Assembly (NCBI GenBank): GCA_030704615.1
Contig: CM060732.1
Location: 29,822,001-29,886,000 of the forward strand
Length of the DNA stretch: 64,000 nt
Source: Takakia lepidozioides
Taxonomy: Eukaryota; Plantae; Bryophyta
Direction of reading: 5' to 3'
Below the pieces are notes generated by a model. The model made no database searches. It saw nothing but the letters and a program-made list of their open reading frames with translations, and was not told the DNA's origin. The translations under genes were made by a program, and so were the position numbers. Below, one piece after another: positions 11,100 through 24,156 of the stretch (position 1 is its first letter; each line of letters starts with the position of its first letter).

Positions 11100-13740
11100 A
11101 ACCAATCATTCCCCTGCCAAATGATTTTGGATTCATTTGAAACTTTGCGAGTGTCTCGTACATGCCCTCTTAAAGTTACTGGACAAGTATGATGTCAATG
11201 TTAAATGGTTCAAAGGGTGAACCAACATTTCCCCTGTTGGATGATTCATGATTAATCGTTAACGATTGATCTCATATTACACTGGGACCTATCAGAGGGT
11301 ACATTGAACACACTGGCCAAGTCTCAAAGCCAACGAAAATCATTTGGATGGGCAACCATCCGTCGGCCCATTGAACGAATTTCGATTGATCTCATATTAC
11401 TCTGGGGCCTCTTCCATGGCACATTGAACATGCTGGCCAAGTCTCAAAGCGAACCAAAATCATCTCGATGGCCAACCATCCGTTGAGCCATTGAATGAAT
11501 TTCGATTGATTTGATATTAGTCCGGGACCTGTGAGAGGGTGTCTCAAACATACTGGAAAGTTTGGAAGCAAACAAAAATGATTTGGATGGGCAACCATCC
11601 GTTCACCCGTTGAATGTATTCCGCTGGATCTGCTATTGCTTTGGGACCTGTTGGACTGTGTTTCGCGTGCTCACGATTTTTTTTTCATTCGGTTTTTCAA
11701 TGGGGCGTGTAATGTAGCCATATGCAACGTGCGTGCCAAATTTGGGAGCGAACATAATTTATTTGGACCCAAAACCACAATTTCTTCCCTGTTTTGCACT
11801 CCAAACTTGATTTGTGTTCAACTTCATGCACTCTTCATAGAGAGTTATGCAATAATGAGCAAAGAGAACACTTTTTTTTGGGGAATTTTTTATTGGTCCA
11901 AATTTTGGCAGGGGAGTAGTAGTGGGATGCTGGAAGCCGTAGAACAAAATTGAGCCAAAAACAAAATCGATACGTGCCAGAAACCCCCAATGAAAGGCAG
12001 TGCAAACCTATTTATTGGCTTAAAATTAATTTAAATTCAATTACATTATGGAATGGCTTGGTGTCGATGGGGAGGCAAATGATTTATTCGTCTGTTGTGT
12101 CTCCGCACATGTGTCGCACACATGTTCAAGCACATGCGGGCAAAAGAGGGGCTTCAACCACATCCGTTCAATGGGTGCAATAGCCATGCACGCATTGCAG
12201 AATTTCTTTTTCGCAATGATAAAAAACCAGATGACAACTGAACGCCTCATTGGCCCATCGAACGAATTTCGATTGATCTCATATTACACTGGGACCTACC
12301 AGAGGGTACATTGAACACACTGGCCAAGTCTCAAAGCGAACGAAAATCATTTGGATGGGCAACCATCCGTCGGACCATTGAATGAATTTCGATTGATCTC
12401 ATATTACTCTGGGGCCTCTTCCATGGCACATTGAACATGCTGGCCAAGTCTCAAAGCGAACCAAAATCATCTCGATGGCCAACCATTCGTTGAGCCATCG
12501 AATGAATTTCGATTGATCTGATATTAGTCCGGGACCTGTGAGAGGGTGTCTCAAACGTACTGGCAAAGTTTGGAAGCAAACAAAAATGATTTGGATGGGC
12601 AACCATCCGTTCACCCGTTGAATGCACTCCAAACTTGATTTGTGTTCAACTTCATGCACTCTTCATAGAGAGTTCTGCAATAATGAGCGAAGAGAACACT
12701 TTTTTTTGGGGCATTTTTTATTGGTCCAAATTTTGGCGGGGGAGTAGTGGTGGGATGCTGGAAGCCGTATAACAAAATTGAGCCAAAAACAAATCGATAC
12801 GTGCCAGAAACCCCCAATGAAAGGCAGTGCAAACCTATTTATTGGCTTAAAATTAATTTAAATTCAATTACATTATGGAATGGCTTGGTGTCGATGGGGA
12901 GGCAAATGATCTATTTGTCTGTAGTGTTTCCGCACATGTGTCGCACACATGTTCAAGCACATGTGGGCAAAAGAGGGGCTTCAACCACATCCGTTCAATG
13001 GGTGCAATAGCCGTGCACGCATTGCAGGATTTCTTTTTCGCAATGAACAAAAACCAGATGACAACTGAACGCCTCATTGGCCCATCGAACGAATTTCGAT
13101 TGATCTCGTATTACACTGGGACCTATCAGAGGGTACATTGAACACACTGGCCAAGTCTCGAAATGAACGAAAATCATTTGGATGGGCAACCATCCGTCGG
13201 CCCATTGAACGAATTTCGATTGATCTCATATTACTCTGGGGCCTCTTCCATGGCACATTGAACAGGCTGGCCAAGTCTCAAAGCGAACCAAAATCATCTG
13301 GGGGCAAATGATTTATGCGTCTGTTCATTTATTTGTGATTAATCGTTAATGGTGACAAGGATAAACCAAAGGTTCATTGATAAAAAAAAATTTGAATGAT
13401 TTGAAATTTTGCCAGTATGTTCTACATGCCTCTTACATGGACCGGAGAAGTATGAGATCAATAAAAAATGGTTCACATGAGGAACCAATGGTTACTTGAT
13501 GTGCCGATTTCTGAATGCTTTCAAACTTTGCCATTGCATTGTACATGCCCTCTTAAAGGTACCGAACAAGTATGAGTTCGATTTAAAATATTGCAATGGG
13601 TGAACTAATGGTATCTTCATTCAGCAAATTTTTATTGTTTTGAAACTTTGCCAGTATATTGTTCATGCCGTCAAACAGGTACTGAACAAGTATGAGGTCA
13701 TTCAAAAATGGTTCAAAGGATGAACCTCGTATTTCTAAAA
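11100..13740. repeat. Composite repeat: ~119-bp subunits within a ~830-bp tandem duplication
   Basis: ttgatctcatattac(a/t)ctggg blocks at ~11265-11615, 12270-12620 and 13095-13300. 11796-12620 is duplicated from 12624. Diverged ~120-bp units occur at 11100-11260 and 13340-13740. Confidence 0.85.
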
Positions 13741-13823
13741 ATTACGTAGACTATACAGTGGGTTGCACATTTAAGTTTTCACAACCCAAGACCTTTGGCC
13801 TACTCCCTACGTTTGCAGCCTTT

Positions 13824-16375
13824 CTAGTCATCTTCATCTAGATTTATTACTTCGTTGTCGTCATCTCTAGATGTTGATGAAGATGCTCCGGGTGTAGAGG
13901 ACGTGCCTCCACCAGTACGGAGAGCTCGAGCCTGGGCTCGAGTGGTCAAAGAGGGACCCAGTGTTGTGTGGTCCACCTTTGCCATCATGCGTAGCGTTCT
14001 AGGCGAGTGCTGACTCTCTTCCACATTTGCGCTCTTGCTACGGCGGCATGCAATTTTTCAATTAAATCCGATATGTTTGGAAGTGGCAAGAACACCCCTG
14101 GAATAGGGGCAACTTGGTCACGTCATGTGTTCTGCTAATACTTTTCCACACTCGTGATGACAGCCTTGAAATTGTCCAACACCTCCTCCTGCTGGGGGTC
14201 TCTGCGCAACTCTGGAAGAAATGGCCTATCATCCCGACGAGGCACCCAGTACGTCTCATTCATATTCTCCCAACGGATGCTAGCGGCCTCCAACTCCCTC
14301 AGAAATAGGTCTCTCCCAATCAGTTCGCGATTGTATGGGTCATTTTCCGCTGGCACCCACGAATCCTCAGGTAGTTGGAAGAATCTTTGTCTGGTACAGC
14401 TCCAATGCCCTCCCAAGTTCCGGCAAAAAAGCTCCCTTTGGACTGGGTCTTGTATGCCTCTAGCACGCACGGTTATTTCCCAGTTGGATGTCACCCAAAA
14501 GGTCACCGGATCTTTAACCCTAGTTAACGTCTTCGCATCCAAGGCGTGCATCTCTCTTGGAGCATCCCATGTCATTGTCTCCCCCCAGTGCTGCCAAGTT
14601 AAAAAATCGTAAGGCGATACATCCAATGGCATGTTGTACCGGTTGTACTCGTATCCCATGGGCATATTGTCTTGCAACCCAAACAACTCGTAGAAACGTC
14701 GATGGATTGGTCCACGGCAGTCAGGGCATTGGCTGGCTCGCATGGCTGCCAATATGAGACATTTGGGATGGAACAAATGGCCACATGAACCAAGCATATA
14801 GCCTCCCTCCGGTCCATAAGGGTTTAGGCACATTGTGCACACCGTACCATCTGTTACCCATGACGCTGGATTGCTCTGTGGTATCCACGTCCGTTTATCC
14901 TCATTAATGAAGGATGACATCCTCGGCCTGGTGTCCCACTCCTCCTCTAATTCCAAATCCCAGTTTATGCTGTTATTGGTATCGGAAATTGTATGCACAC
15001 AGTGCTCAAACATGGCATGCACATCACCCCATGTGGTGAATCTAGTGTACTTCGACGTGAAAACATCACGCACATTGTCGTGCCTTTGTAAATTAGCATA
15101 GATGCTATCTACGCTTCGATTCGACAAACGTGCTGCACGTTGGAGGGAGGACAACGCTTCTTCTATCCGTGTTTCCCGCGATGCTAGATGGCCCGCCCAT
15201 GTCACCCAATTCCGCCAATTCCCCTTCAATCATGGCCACGATCGGATTTGCATGGCACTTGAGTACCGATATGCAACAGCCCTAGCTTGCTCGCGTTCCC
15301 CCACAAGCTACTCTAATTCCTGTTCTTGGGCCGATGTAATTTGCACGGCTGAACATTCCCCAGTTTCCACTATGGGGTCCTTCCATTTTCTTGCCCTTTC
15401 CGCCGCAAGTCTTTCTTCCTCAACCCTCGCCGGGTCTAGTTCAGACGTTTGCACTTCATTCCCATGCCCGATTGAGTCAACCCCGTCGATGACGCGGTCA
15501 ATGTTCATTGGTGACATATTCAAACGCGCCAATATGTCTTGCTTGTTGGTGATTGGCCTCGGGTCCTGAAGCACACCGCGTACGCTGTCGAGAGTCCCCA
15601 ACCCCATTCTTTCCAGCAACTTTGCTAGTTGCCACCGTTGCAAATGAACAATGTCCTGCAGGTCTTTGTTGTGCTGTTCATGTGTGGCCAATTGTTCCTC
15701 CAATGGAGAGCGTACCTCGCCCCCCTCCACCTCAGACGTTGAAGGCCCGGCTGCGGAGACTTGTTGTGGCGTATAATCTGGAGGTTGGTCTGCATTTCCT
15801 CCTTCTTCCACATCGTCGCTTCCATCCGCCTTTCCTCCTTCTTCCACCTCGTCGTTTCCATCGAACCGTATGATGTCCTGCCCCTGACGTATATACAAGT
15901 CTGGGATATCAGAGAACATGTATAGTCTAGTACGCTGTCTCGCAGTGGCAGTTTGCCAATCCACTGGTCGCAATAAAATCAACTTTGTGTACAACATAGC
16001 CGCAAATAAATACGGGACCTTGTTGTTGATAAGCGGTTGACCCCACAATGTTGTATGTACCTACTCTGCCCTGTGGCGGAAATGCGGGTTGACGCAGGAA
16101 TGCAAGCTAGCTTGATTTTGTTTGGTTTGTGGATCATGCCTATCTCTGGGCCACAAACGATTTATGTGACACCAGTCCACAAATTTCCTGCAGTCACCAA
16201 GCGACCACCGCTGCCCCAACTACCAAACTTCCCAACCTGGTTCCGCAAGAATGTTGGGGTCATTGTATATGTCCCAACAAAGTTCGTACCTGGCCCATTT
16301 TGGTTTTTTTTTAGGAGGTCCAGGTTCATTATCGTCATCCCTGGGATGACCTCCTCTGTCTTCCTCCTCCGCCAT
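13824..16375 (-). pseudogene. RING-H2 finger protein pseudogene (probable transposon cargo)
   Basis: A continuous frame from ATG 16375 (MAEEEDRGGHPRD...) passes three in-frame TAG stops into 15308-16048 and 14135-15229. It contains CTMCLNPYGPEGGYMLGSCGHLFHPKCLILAAMRASQCPDC (C3H2C3). Confidence 0.75.
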
Positions 16376-16799
16376 TTATGGCTTTGGCTTATCCCTACTC
16401 GACAGGTGTTTGCTAAGAAAAATGCTCTCCCAACCCTCCTAAATCGTACCTAATTCTACTTCCTAATGAATCCTCCCCAAGTACTAGAGGCACGTGTCAC
16501 TCCCTCGGCAGTTCTAAGTGATATGACGCAATGCGCAATGAAAAAAACGTGGGTGCTAGAGGAGGGCTTCCCGGGAGGTACTCAGCATCGATTTCGTAGG
16601 TTCCAACGGCCCAGAATACCCCCTACCCAACAAATAGCACCCCTCTCCACTTTGACTCAATGACAAGGAATGCAACATCCCATCGCCCACCAAGTCCTGG
16701 TGTGGAGAAAAGTGAGGGAGAGAATGGCCTCCGAGGCCTTATAAGCCCCCCCTCCACACTCGGGGCGCGCGCTGTCATTATGACTGCGCACGCTATTCA

Positions 16800-17670
16800 T
16801 AGCTGCGACCACCAACAGGGGTGGTCACATCTTTTTTTTCTTTTCTTTATTATGTGCGACCACCAGCAGGGGGTGGTCGCAGAATTTTTATTTTTTTTAA
16901 TAGGTGCGACCACCGGCAGGGGGGTGGTCGCAGATCTGTTTATGTTTTTTAATGGGTGCGACCACCAGCAGGGGGGTGGTCGCAGATTTGTTTATTTTTT
17001 TTAATGGGTGCGACCACCAGCAGGGGGGTGGTCGCAGATTTATTTAATCAGCAGGGGGGTGGTCACAGATTTATTTATTTATTTAATCAGCAGGGAGGTG
17101 GTTGCATATATATATATATATTTAATAGGCGCGACCACTAGCAGAGGGGTGGTCGCAGAAATTTTGTTTAAAACAAATAGGTGCGACCACCACCTGCTGG
17201 TGGTCGCACTATTTTCTTTTTCTTTAATAGATGCGACCACCAGCAGGGGGTGGTCGCATAATTTTCTGATTTTTTAATATCTACCAACAGTCAGTAGCTC
17301 AGTTGGTTAAGTGCACTGAGTGCGACCCGGACAATTCTGGGGTCAAATCTTGCTACTTGATGGGTGTGGTATGGTTCGTGTGTGATGCCCCATTCCTACG
17401 CCACTTGGCGCATAAATGAAAGAGGTTATTTTCTCCTCTCACTACTAAGGGGCCTGATTTGTGAGCTGTCGCTCCCAGGTGTTTTCCAAAATAAAATAAA
17501 ATAAAATCTGCGACCACCAGCAGGGGTAATCAGTAAATCAGTAAATAGGTGCGACTACCAGCAGGGGGGTGGTCGCAACATTTTTCTTTTATTTTAACAG
17601 TTGCGACGACCGCTACTGGTGGTCACACAATTGTTTTTTTTAAAATAGGTGAGACCACCAGGAGGTTGGT
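16800..17670. repeat. Array of palindrome TGCGACCACC-N(5-8)-GGTGGTCGCA with AT-rich spacers
   Basis: More than 12 copies; the array is the reverse complement of the one at 21350-22020. Confidence 0.9.
17283..17502 (+). mobile_element. tRNA-derived SINE-like insertion (~220 bp)
   Basis: A-box TAGCTCAGTTGG (17295-17306), B-box-like GGGTCAAATC (~17340-17349), (AAAAT)n tail and imperfect TSD aatatct/aaaatct. It interrupts one array unit. Confidence 0.65.
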
Positions 17671-18192
17671 CCCCTTGCACCTGTATGTATGTTTGGAGAG
17701 GCAGATGAAAAGCACATGTATCGACTCCCCATGGATTTGTGAAGGGGAAGATGAATGTTGGGAGCTGCACCTGGATTTTGTGGCTTTCGAAACCATAATA
17801 GGAAATCAACAATGTAAAGGTAATGACGAAACACAAACACACGCACCTTTCTTGGGTACATATATTCCACCATTTTTATTTCCGTACACGTATGCATGTA
17901 CCCAAACTGAAACATGGATATCCATGGAAACATACTACACATCATGTGATAGGTCACAGAAGTTATAGCTGTACCTAATTCCGTCTGGCACGACGACGAT
18001 GGTATGATCTCACGTCTAGTACAAAATCTTCGTCCCCACTCACTTCACCCCCGTTCCCATGATCAGTGCTAGAATTATGATCTCCATCTGTTCTTTCATT
18101 TCCAGAGGCAACTGGCCGTTGGACCTGTAGTCATCCTCGGAGTACGTTCAGTTGTCTCTCTGGTCGATTTCCACTCCTATCATGAATACCAT

Positions 18193-20929
18193 CTAGGGTA
18201 TCATGTTCACAGGTCGGTCACCAACAAAAGGTTGCACAATTCTCTGCCGTTTCTGGGCTTGTCCCGGATTTCGTGGTGGCCTTAGAGCAGGTCTCGTATG
18301 AGGAAGGCTACTCGCACGTACATCAGAGGGGCCGACATGAGAGGAAGGGGCATGAGATGGACCAGCAAGGGTCGAGAGAGCACGGTTCACATGCGGACGT
18401 CGTCGGGCCAAATGAAACGACAATGGCCGGTCGTCGTCATCCGATGGTTCGACTTGCAAACGTCCCGCAGCAGAAGAACCATCTCCCAGGATTGGAGTAG
18501 CGATGGAAGGAATTACATGAGGGGGAGAGAGACTAGATGGACCAGCATGGGATGGACCGGCTTGAGAAAGAGAAACATGAGATGGAGCGGGGTGAGATGA
18601 AGCACGGTTCACAGGGGCACGATGTCGGTGAAGGAATGACAACGGCCGGTTGTCATCATCCGACGATTCGACCTGCACATCTCCCGCAGTCCGTGGAACT
18701 CGTGGTGGGGGAGAGTTGACCTCAACTTTATTGTTGAGAGTGTGCTCCACTGGGGGAAGGGGGTCCACAATTGGGATGACACCATGTCGCAGTTCATCAA
18801 CAACAAGGTCATCGAAGGATGGATGCATTGCAGCATCATCGTCATTAAATTCATATGGGTCATGTGGAGGATTGCCTACATCATCGGACCCATCCCAACC
18901 GTCGGAGTCGGAGTCCCTCGCGGCGTCAGTGTCATCATTCCTGCTAGATTGGACCTCTGAGGGCAGATTCTTCAGACAACAGATTCTTCTCGTACCATGC
19001 AGATGCGTCACTTGCTCTCCTCTCTCGCAGTAACTTACAATTCGTGTAGACATAAACCAATTTGTCAGCCCTGGCAGGATTCAACCTGTTGCAAATCTTG
19101 TTGTGAACAAACGAGTAACTGCTCCAGTTCCGCTCACACGACGAGGCAGAGCACACTTGAGCAAGAATACGCTTTGCAATGGGAACTAATGTTCTTGCTC
19201 CAGCTCCAATCAGATCCCACCATTCATGTGGTAACATGTTTATTGCTTTTGGATCCGGCATGTCATGGAAATGATTCTGCCAATCCGAGAAGCACTGGAA
19301 CTCGGACAACGCTCGCTCTGCCATGTTCAAGGGTGCAAGTTGCATGATGACCCGTACAAGCCCGACTTTGGCATCCACATCGTCTCTCAAAGCCGTATTG
19401 TCCAGCAAGAATGGATTCAGCAAGGCCCCCACATAATGCAAGTCCGTGCGAACCATCCGTTTGCGGTCGTAAAATGCATCCTCGGTCCTTGCCGCCAAAT
19501 CATCGTCCATAGAAAATGAAGGATTGCACGTGCTTCTCAAGGTTTTCCAATATCAACCATGCTTTACCCATTATTGGTTGTTTTCCATCAAACTCCTGTA
19601 AAGCAATCAACACCGGCTTCACCATATACACAAAATTTGCACATTTCGCCCAGAAATCGTCGGAGCGAATGATTGCGCGGACCCTCCGACTTTTGCTCAA
19701 AGACTTGGACTTACAAGAGTCGCGTAAGGTGCCCACATACGCATCCCATTGAAGGTCAATAATCACCTGCTCCAGACCCGCCCTCACAGTCACCAGTCGA
19801 TCCACCATCAAAAAGTTTGTGGCAAAGCGGGTTTCAGCCGGGTTCCTAAGGCTGTATTTGGGTTCATGATTTCTAAACAATGCCAGAGGAATGTGATGTG
19901 TACGAATGAACGTCACAACCGACTTTGCCCTTTTTACTAGTTGTTTCATCCACGATTCTTTTCCCAATCCTCCAAAATGAGATCAAAGATATGAACAGCA
20001 CACCCTTGGTAATATAGATGGGGATATCGTACAATCAAAATATCGGCCATATTAACCATGTTAGATGCATTGTCCGTGCACACTTGGACAATTTTATCAG
20101 CTCCAATTTTATCGATGTAACTCGTCAACAACCCTGCTTGATAACGTGCATCTTTTCTCTCCCCGCTTGTGTCAACGGATCCCAAAAATTGTTTCCCCGC
20201 AGGACAGACCAGCATGACATTGAACAGTGGTCGATTAGTAACAAAACTCCAACCATCCGCACATATAGTGCTTCCATATTTCTGGAGAGAATCACCTGTC
20301 CTTTCATTCACCTTTTGGATGAGGTCAGACATAGCCTCTTCTAGCAATCTTGTGCGGAGATCGCGATAACTCGGAGGTATGTATGTGGACTTGGAATCGG
20401 ACGTGGCTTTGACAGCAGCCACAAATGCAGGAAGCCTCGAGACATTGACCGGAATATTGGCCTCGTAGAAAAATTGGGCCCACTTCTTATCCAGAGTCCT
20501 CCTGTGCGACAAATTTAAGCCTTCTTGCATTGATTGTTACCTCAATGGTCTGGTCCGTACAAGTGCTGGCGTACAATCGGGTGTTGCTCCTGACCCACCG
20601 GCTTCTCCACGAACAGTAGACGCCTCGCAAGAATCCCCCTGGGTATAATTCTGAGGAACAGTTTGATTCGAACCTGGAGTGTTTGGCTCAGAAGCCGCGG
20701 CCACATCAAGAGACGGTGGGATATTGCCTCCACATTGGGCAAAGTGGGCTTTCACTCGCATGGAGGCTTTTGGGCACAAACTAACCCCTGCATTCTTCCC
20801 ATTTCTGTAGCCGAGGTGATATAACATGCGATCTTTGCGACCCGCCAGCTTCAATGCACAAAGATTGCATTGAACACCGTCCTTTTTGTGCGGGTCTATG
20901 GTGAACCAATGGATCCACTCCTCCCTCAT
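18193..20929 (-). pseudogene. hAT transposase (BED-like Zn finger, DUF659, hAT dimerisation domain), disrupted
   Basis: VQCNLC..RMLYHL; KWAQFFYEANIP..PPSYRDLRTRLL; ICADGWS; VCTDNASNM; GCAVHIFDLILED; PAETRFATNF; SASSCERNWSSYSFVHNKICNRL. Split over five ORFs by a stop and frameshifts. Confidence 0.92.
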
Positions 20930-21349
20930 CCTCACACCCAAAACCCTAACCACAGACTTAAGGTTGAACGAAGAACACAAGTGTACTTGATAGATTTGTC
21001 AAGAGCAATAGAAGTTAGAACAGAATGTGATGGCCCAACACTACGGCATCAATCCAAGTGGATCAATGCACCATGTAGTATTGTGCTTTTCGACAATTTG
21101 CTGCAGTGGCTCTGGTGGAAGCCACAACAGCAAAAAGTCCGCACCCTCATTTTGGGCTTACACTCTTGCTCAAGGAATAAGGAACATTCACTCGCCACAA
21201 AAGTGTTTGCCACAAAAGAAGTAAGGGGCATTGGGACCACCTTATATACCCTCCAACCTCCAAACCTCACACGCTCGACGAATCAGATCCAATGTTGTGA
21301 CCGCTCCAGGTCGCACGAGGAAGTTGCATATTATTTTTAAAAAAAACTG

Positions 21350-22020
21350 CTGCGACCACCCTCATGTTGGTGGTCGCACCTACTAAAAAAAAAAAATGCT
21401 GCGACCACCCCCATACTCGTGGTCACAAAGATTATTTATTATTAAAAAAATAAAAAAATGATGCGACCACCCTCCTGCTGGTAGTCGCACCTATTAAAAA
21501 AACAGAAAATTTCTGCGACCACCCCCCTGCTGGTGGTCGCACCTATTAAACAGATAGAAAATTTCTTCGACAACCCCCATGGGGGTGGTCGCACCTATTA
21601 TATAAAAAAAAATGTTGCGACCACCCCCATGCTCATGGTCACAAAGAATATTTTTTAAGAACAAAAAAAAAAAAAAAAAAATCTGCGACCACCCCCTGCT
21701 GGTGGTCGCACCTATTAAAAAAACAGAAAAATATTGCGACCACCCCCATGCTGGTGGTCGCAGATATTAAAAAATAGAAAAATGTTGCGACCACCCCCCT
21801 GATGGTGGTCGCACCTATTACAAATAAAATTAAAATTGTGCGACCACCAGTAGCGGTGGTCGCAACTGTTTAAGAAAAGAAAAAAATGCGACCATCTCTG
21901 CTGGTGGTCGCATCTATTTAAAAAAAACAAAAAATGCTGCGACAACCCCTTTGCTGATGGTCGCAACTATTAAAAAATAAGATAAATTTTGCGACCACCA
22001 CCATTTGGAGGTCGCACCAA
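21350..22020. repeat. Subterminal palindrome array TGCGACCACC..GGTGGTCGCA with A-rich spacers
   Basis: About 15 copies upstream of the transposase, inverted relative to 16800-17670. Confidence 0.9.
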
Positions 22021-22177
22021 TTTAACAATAATGATTTAAAAATGACCTCAACTATTGGCGGATGAAGTAATTTATAAAACAATTCATTCACTTGCCAAGG
22101 TGTCGCTTGGAATACAACGTGTCCACCTACGTGGCATATTTTTCACCTAACTCATGTTTTACTGATTTTTCGTCAAA

Positions 22178-22270
22178 ACTGACGTGACGTTGGTCGCGTC
22201 AGCGTCAGGTCTGACGTGACGTTGGTCGCGTCAGCGTCAGGTCTGACGTGACGTGACATCACTGACGTGT
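22178..22270. repeat. Subterminal ~34-bp tandem repeat rich in TGACG(T)
   Basis: ctgacgtgacgttggtcgcgtcagcgtcaggt x2 plus partial copies, directly before the candidate TIR. Confidence 0.8.
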
Positions 22271-22584
22271 GCAACCCTGAGAGCATCTCCACGATGAGCA
22301 TGGCCCGTCAAACGTTATATACCCTGGTTATAGGGATGACGGTATGTCTTACAGGGACGGCTTGGTTGTCACTCCACGGTTGGGACGGTAGAAGACCTGG
22401 TAGAGAGAGCCCTAATCACAACTTGGCAGCCGGCACGATCACAATCTTGGAGCATTGCAATGGATCTTTGGAGGGCACAATTGATGGCTGGGTGGAGGGC
22501 ACAACTTGAAGATGAACATGAAGAAGAGGTGTTTTTGAATGCATTGGTGGCTGAGGATCAGCACCAGCCGAGACAGAGACAGAG

Positions 22585-23164
22585 TGTTAGGGGGTTGTCT
22601 GGGATTTAGACAGTTTTACGGGTTCTGTGGGGCACCCTTAATTTTGCGCAGACCTACGAATAGTAGTATGAGTCTTTCACAGTATGACACGGCATGTTAC
22701 AGCGTGACACATGTAGAATAGGTAGAGTAGCGACATAGAGGGGATCACTTCTCGGACATCACTTCTGGATGATCGCTTCTGGCATCACGGCGGAGAGCAC
22801 GATCTTGGAGCACAGGGATGGAGATTACACAAAGATGGAGATACGACGAGATGATGCTTGATACATGCAAGCTGTAGATTTGTACTGTAGGGGAGAATAG
22901 AGACACTATGGCTTCAGCCTAATACATGATAGTTATAAATCTGATTCTTATTTCATACTCACACAGTGTAGAGAGATATGAGTGAAGCTGTGGAATGAAT
23001 GCTTGAGTAGATGGAACATGGTAGATTGCAGAAGCAATCTGATATTTAATCATAGACAAAATATAACTTGCTAACATGAATGCGAGAAGGAATACAAATA
23101 AGAAAGCACCCCCATGATACACTAGTTGTAGGTCACGACTGATTATTCTGAGCGGGAGGAGTAC
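22585..23164 (+). mobile_element. Older family-A 5' LTR, first part (host of the nested insertion)
   Basis: Starts TGTTAGGGG and is a diverged reverse complement of the family-A LTR. It continues at 36561 after the AGTAC TSD. Confidence 0.8.
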
Positions 23165-24156
23165 TGTCGCGCGGCTTTTACTCACCCATCCCTTCGCTAT
23201 CCGAGGCGGAAACTCCAAGATAGAAGAGTTGGAAATCTCTAAGTACTCAGCCCGCGCAGAACAATCAGTCATGACCTACAGCTAGTGTATCATGGGGGTG
23301 TTTCCTATGCGTTTCCCTTTTCGCATTCATCTTAGCTACCTTTGGCATTGATAATTAAGTATCAGTTTGCTTCATCAATCTATCGGTTTCCTTCACTCAA
23401 CCATTCAATCCACAGCTTCTCTCAGATCTCTCTACACAGTGTGATTGTATCGTATAAGTATCAGATTATGATTTATCAGGTATCAGGCCGAAGCCATTAT
23501 GTCTCTAATCTGCTCTCCAATATCACTACAGCTTTGCATATAACAAGCATCTACTAATCCTCTTTCCTCCTTCATCGTGCTCTCCATCTCTTGCCTCCGA
23601 TCTCCGCTCCTGCCTGACTCCGAAGTCCTCTCCCGAATAATGATGATCATGATGATGATCCCCCTTCATTCCCCGTTTCTCCCTTTATCCTCCTATCCGC
23701 GGTTCTAACCGTTTCCCTCTCTAACCGTCGTATGTGAACTAACATGTTCCCTTCACAGGTGTTGTTCCCCACAGTCGTTCCCTGTCCTACTCTTCGTTCC
23801 CTATTATCGTGACAGCTGTGTCAAGCGGTGACTGGCTGTGTTTGGCTGTGTCGGGCTGTGACTGGTGTGTGGCTGTGCCGGGCTGTGACTGGTTGTGTGG
23901 GCTGTGTCTGCTGTGACGACTGTGACGGGCTGTGTTGGCTGTGTGGCCTGTGACTGCTGTGTCGGCTGTGTGGGCTGTGACTTCTGTGTCGGCTGTGTGG
24001 GCTGTGACTGCTGTGTCGGCTGTGTGGGCTATGTAACCCCCCTCTACAGTGCGCTGCTGTCACCCCTAAGGCTCCTGTTGGTCTCAGTCTGTGCAAAAAT
24101 TAAGGGTACCCTACAGATCCCGTATAAGTGTCTAAGTCCCCTACAGTCCTCTAACA
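23165..24156 (-). repeat. 3' LTR of family-A element (992 bp)
   Basis: TGTTAGAGG...CGCGACA on the minus strand, preceded by the PPT. Contains a CACAGC-type repeat at ~23820-24030. Confidence 0.95.

Larger units (their letters stand above)
13758..22279 (-). mobile_element. Putative hAT element (Ac/Tam3 superfamily) including the RING gene; left boundary tentative
   Basis: The right end reads CAGGGTTGCACA on the minus strand (22268-22279, hAT-like terminus). GGGTTGCACA at 13760-13769 is its inverted match. No 8-bp TSD was found. Confidence 0.45.

Noticed and set aside
17287-17360. Functional tRNA gene
   Set aside because: No convincing acceptor or anticodon stems, and it continues into a body and A-rich tail like a SINE.
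16800-22020. CRISPR-like arrays around the hAT gene
   Set aside because: The spacers are short poly-A/T tracts and the arrangement fits transposon subterminal repeats.
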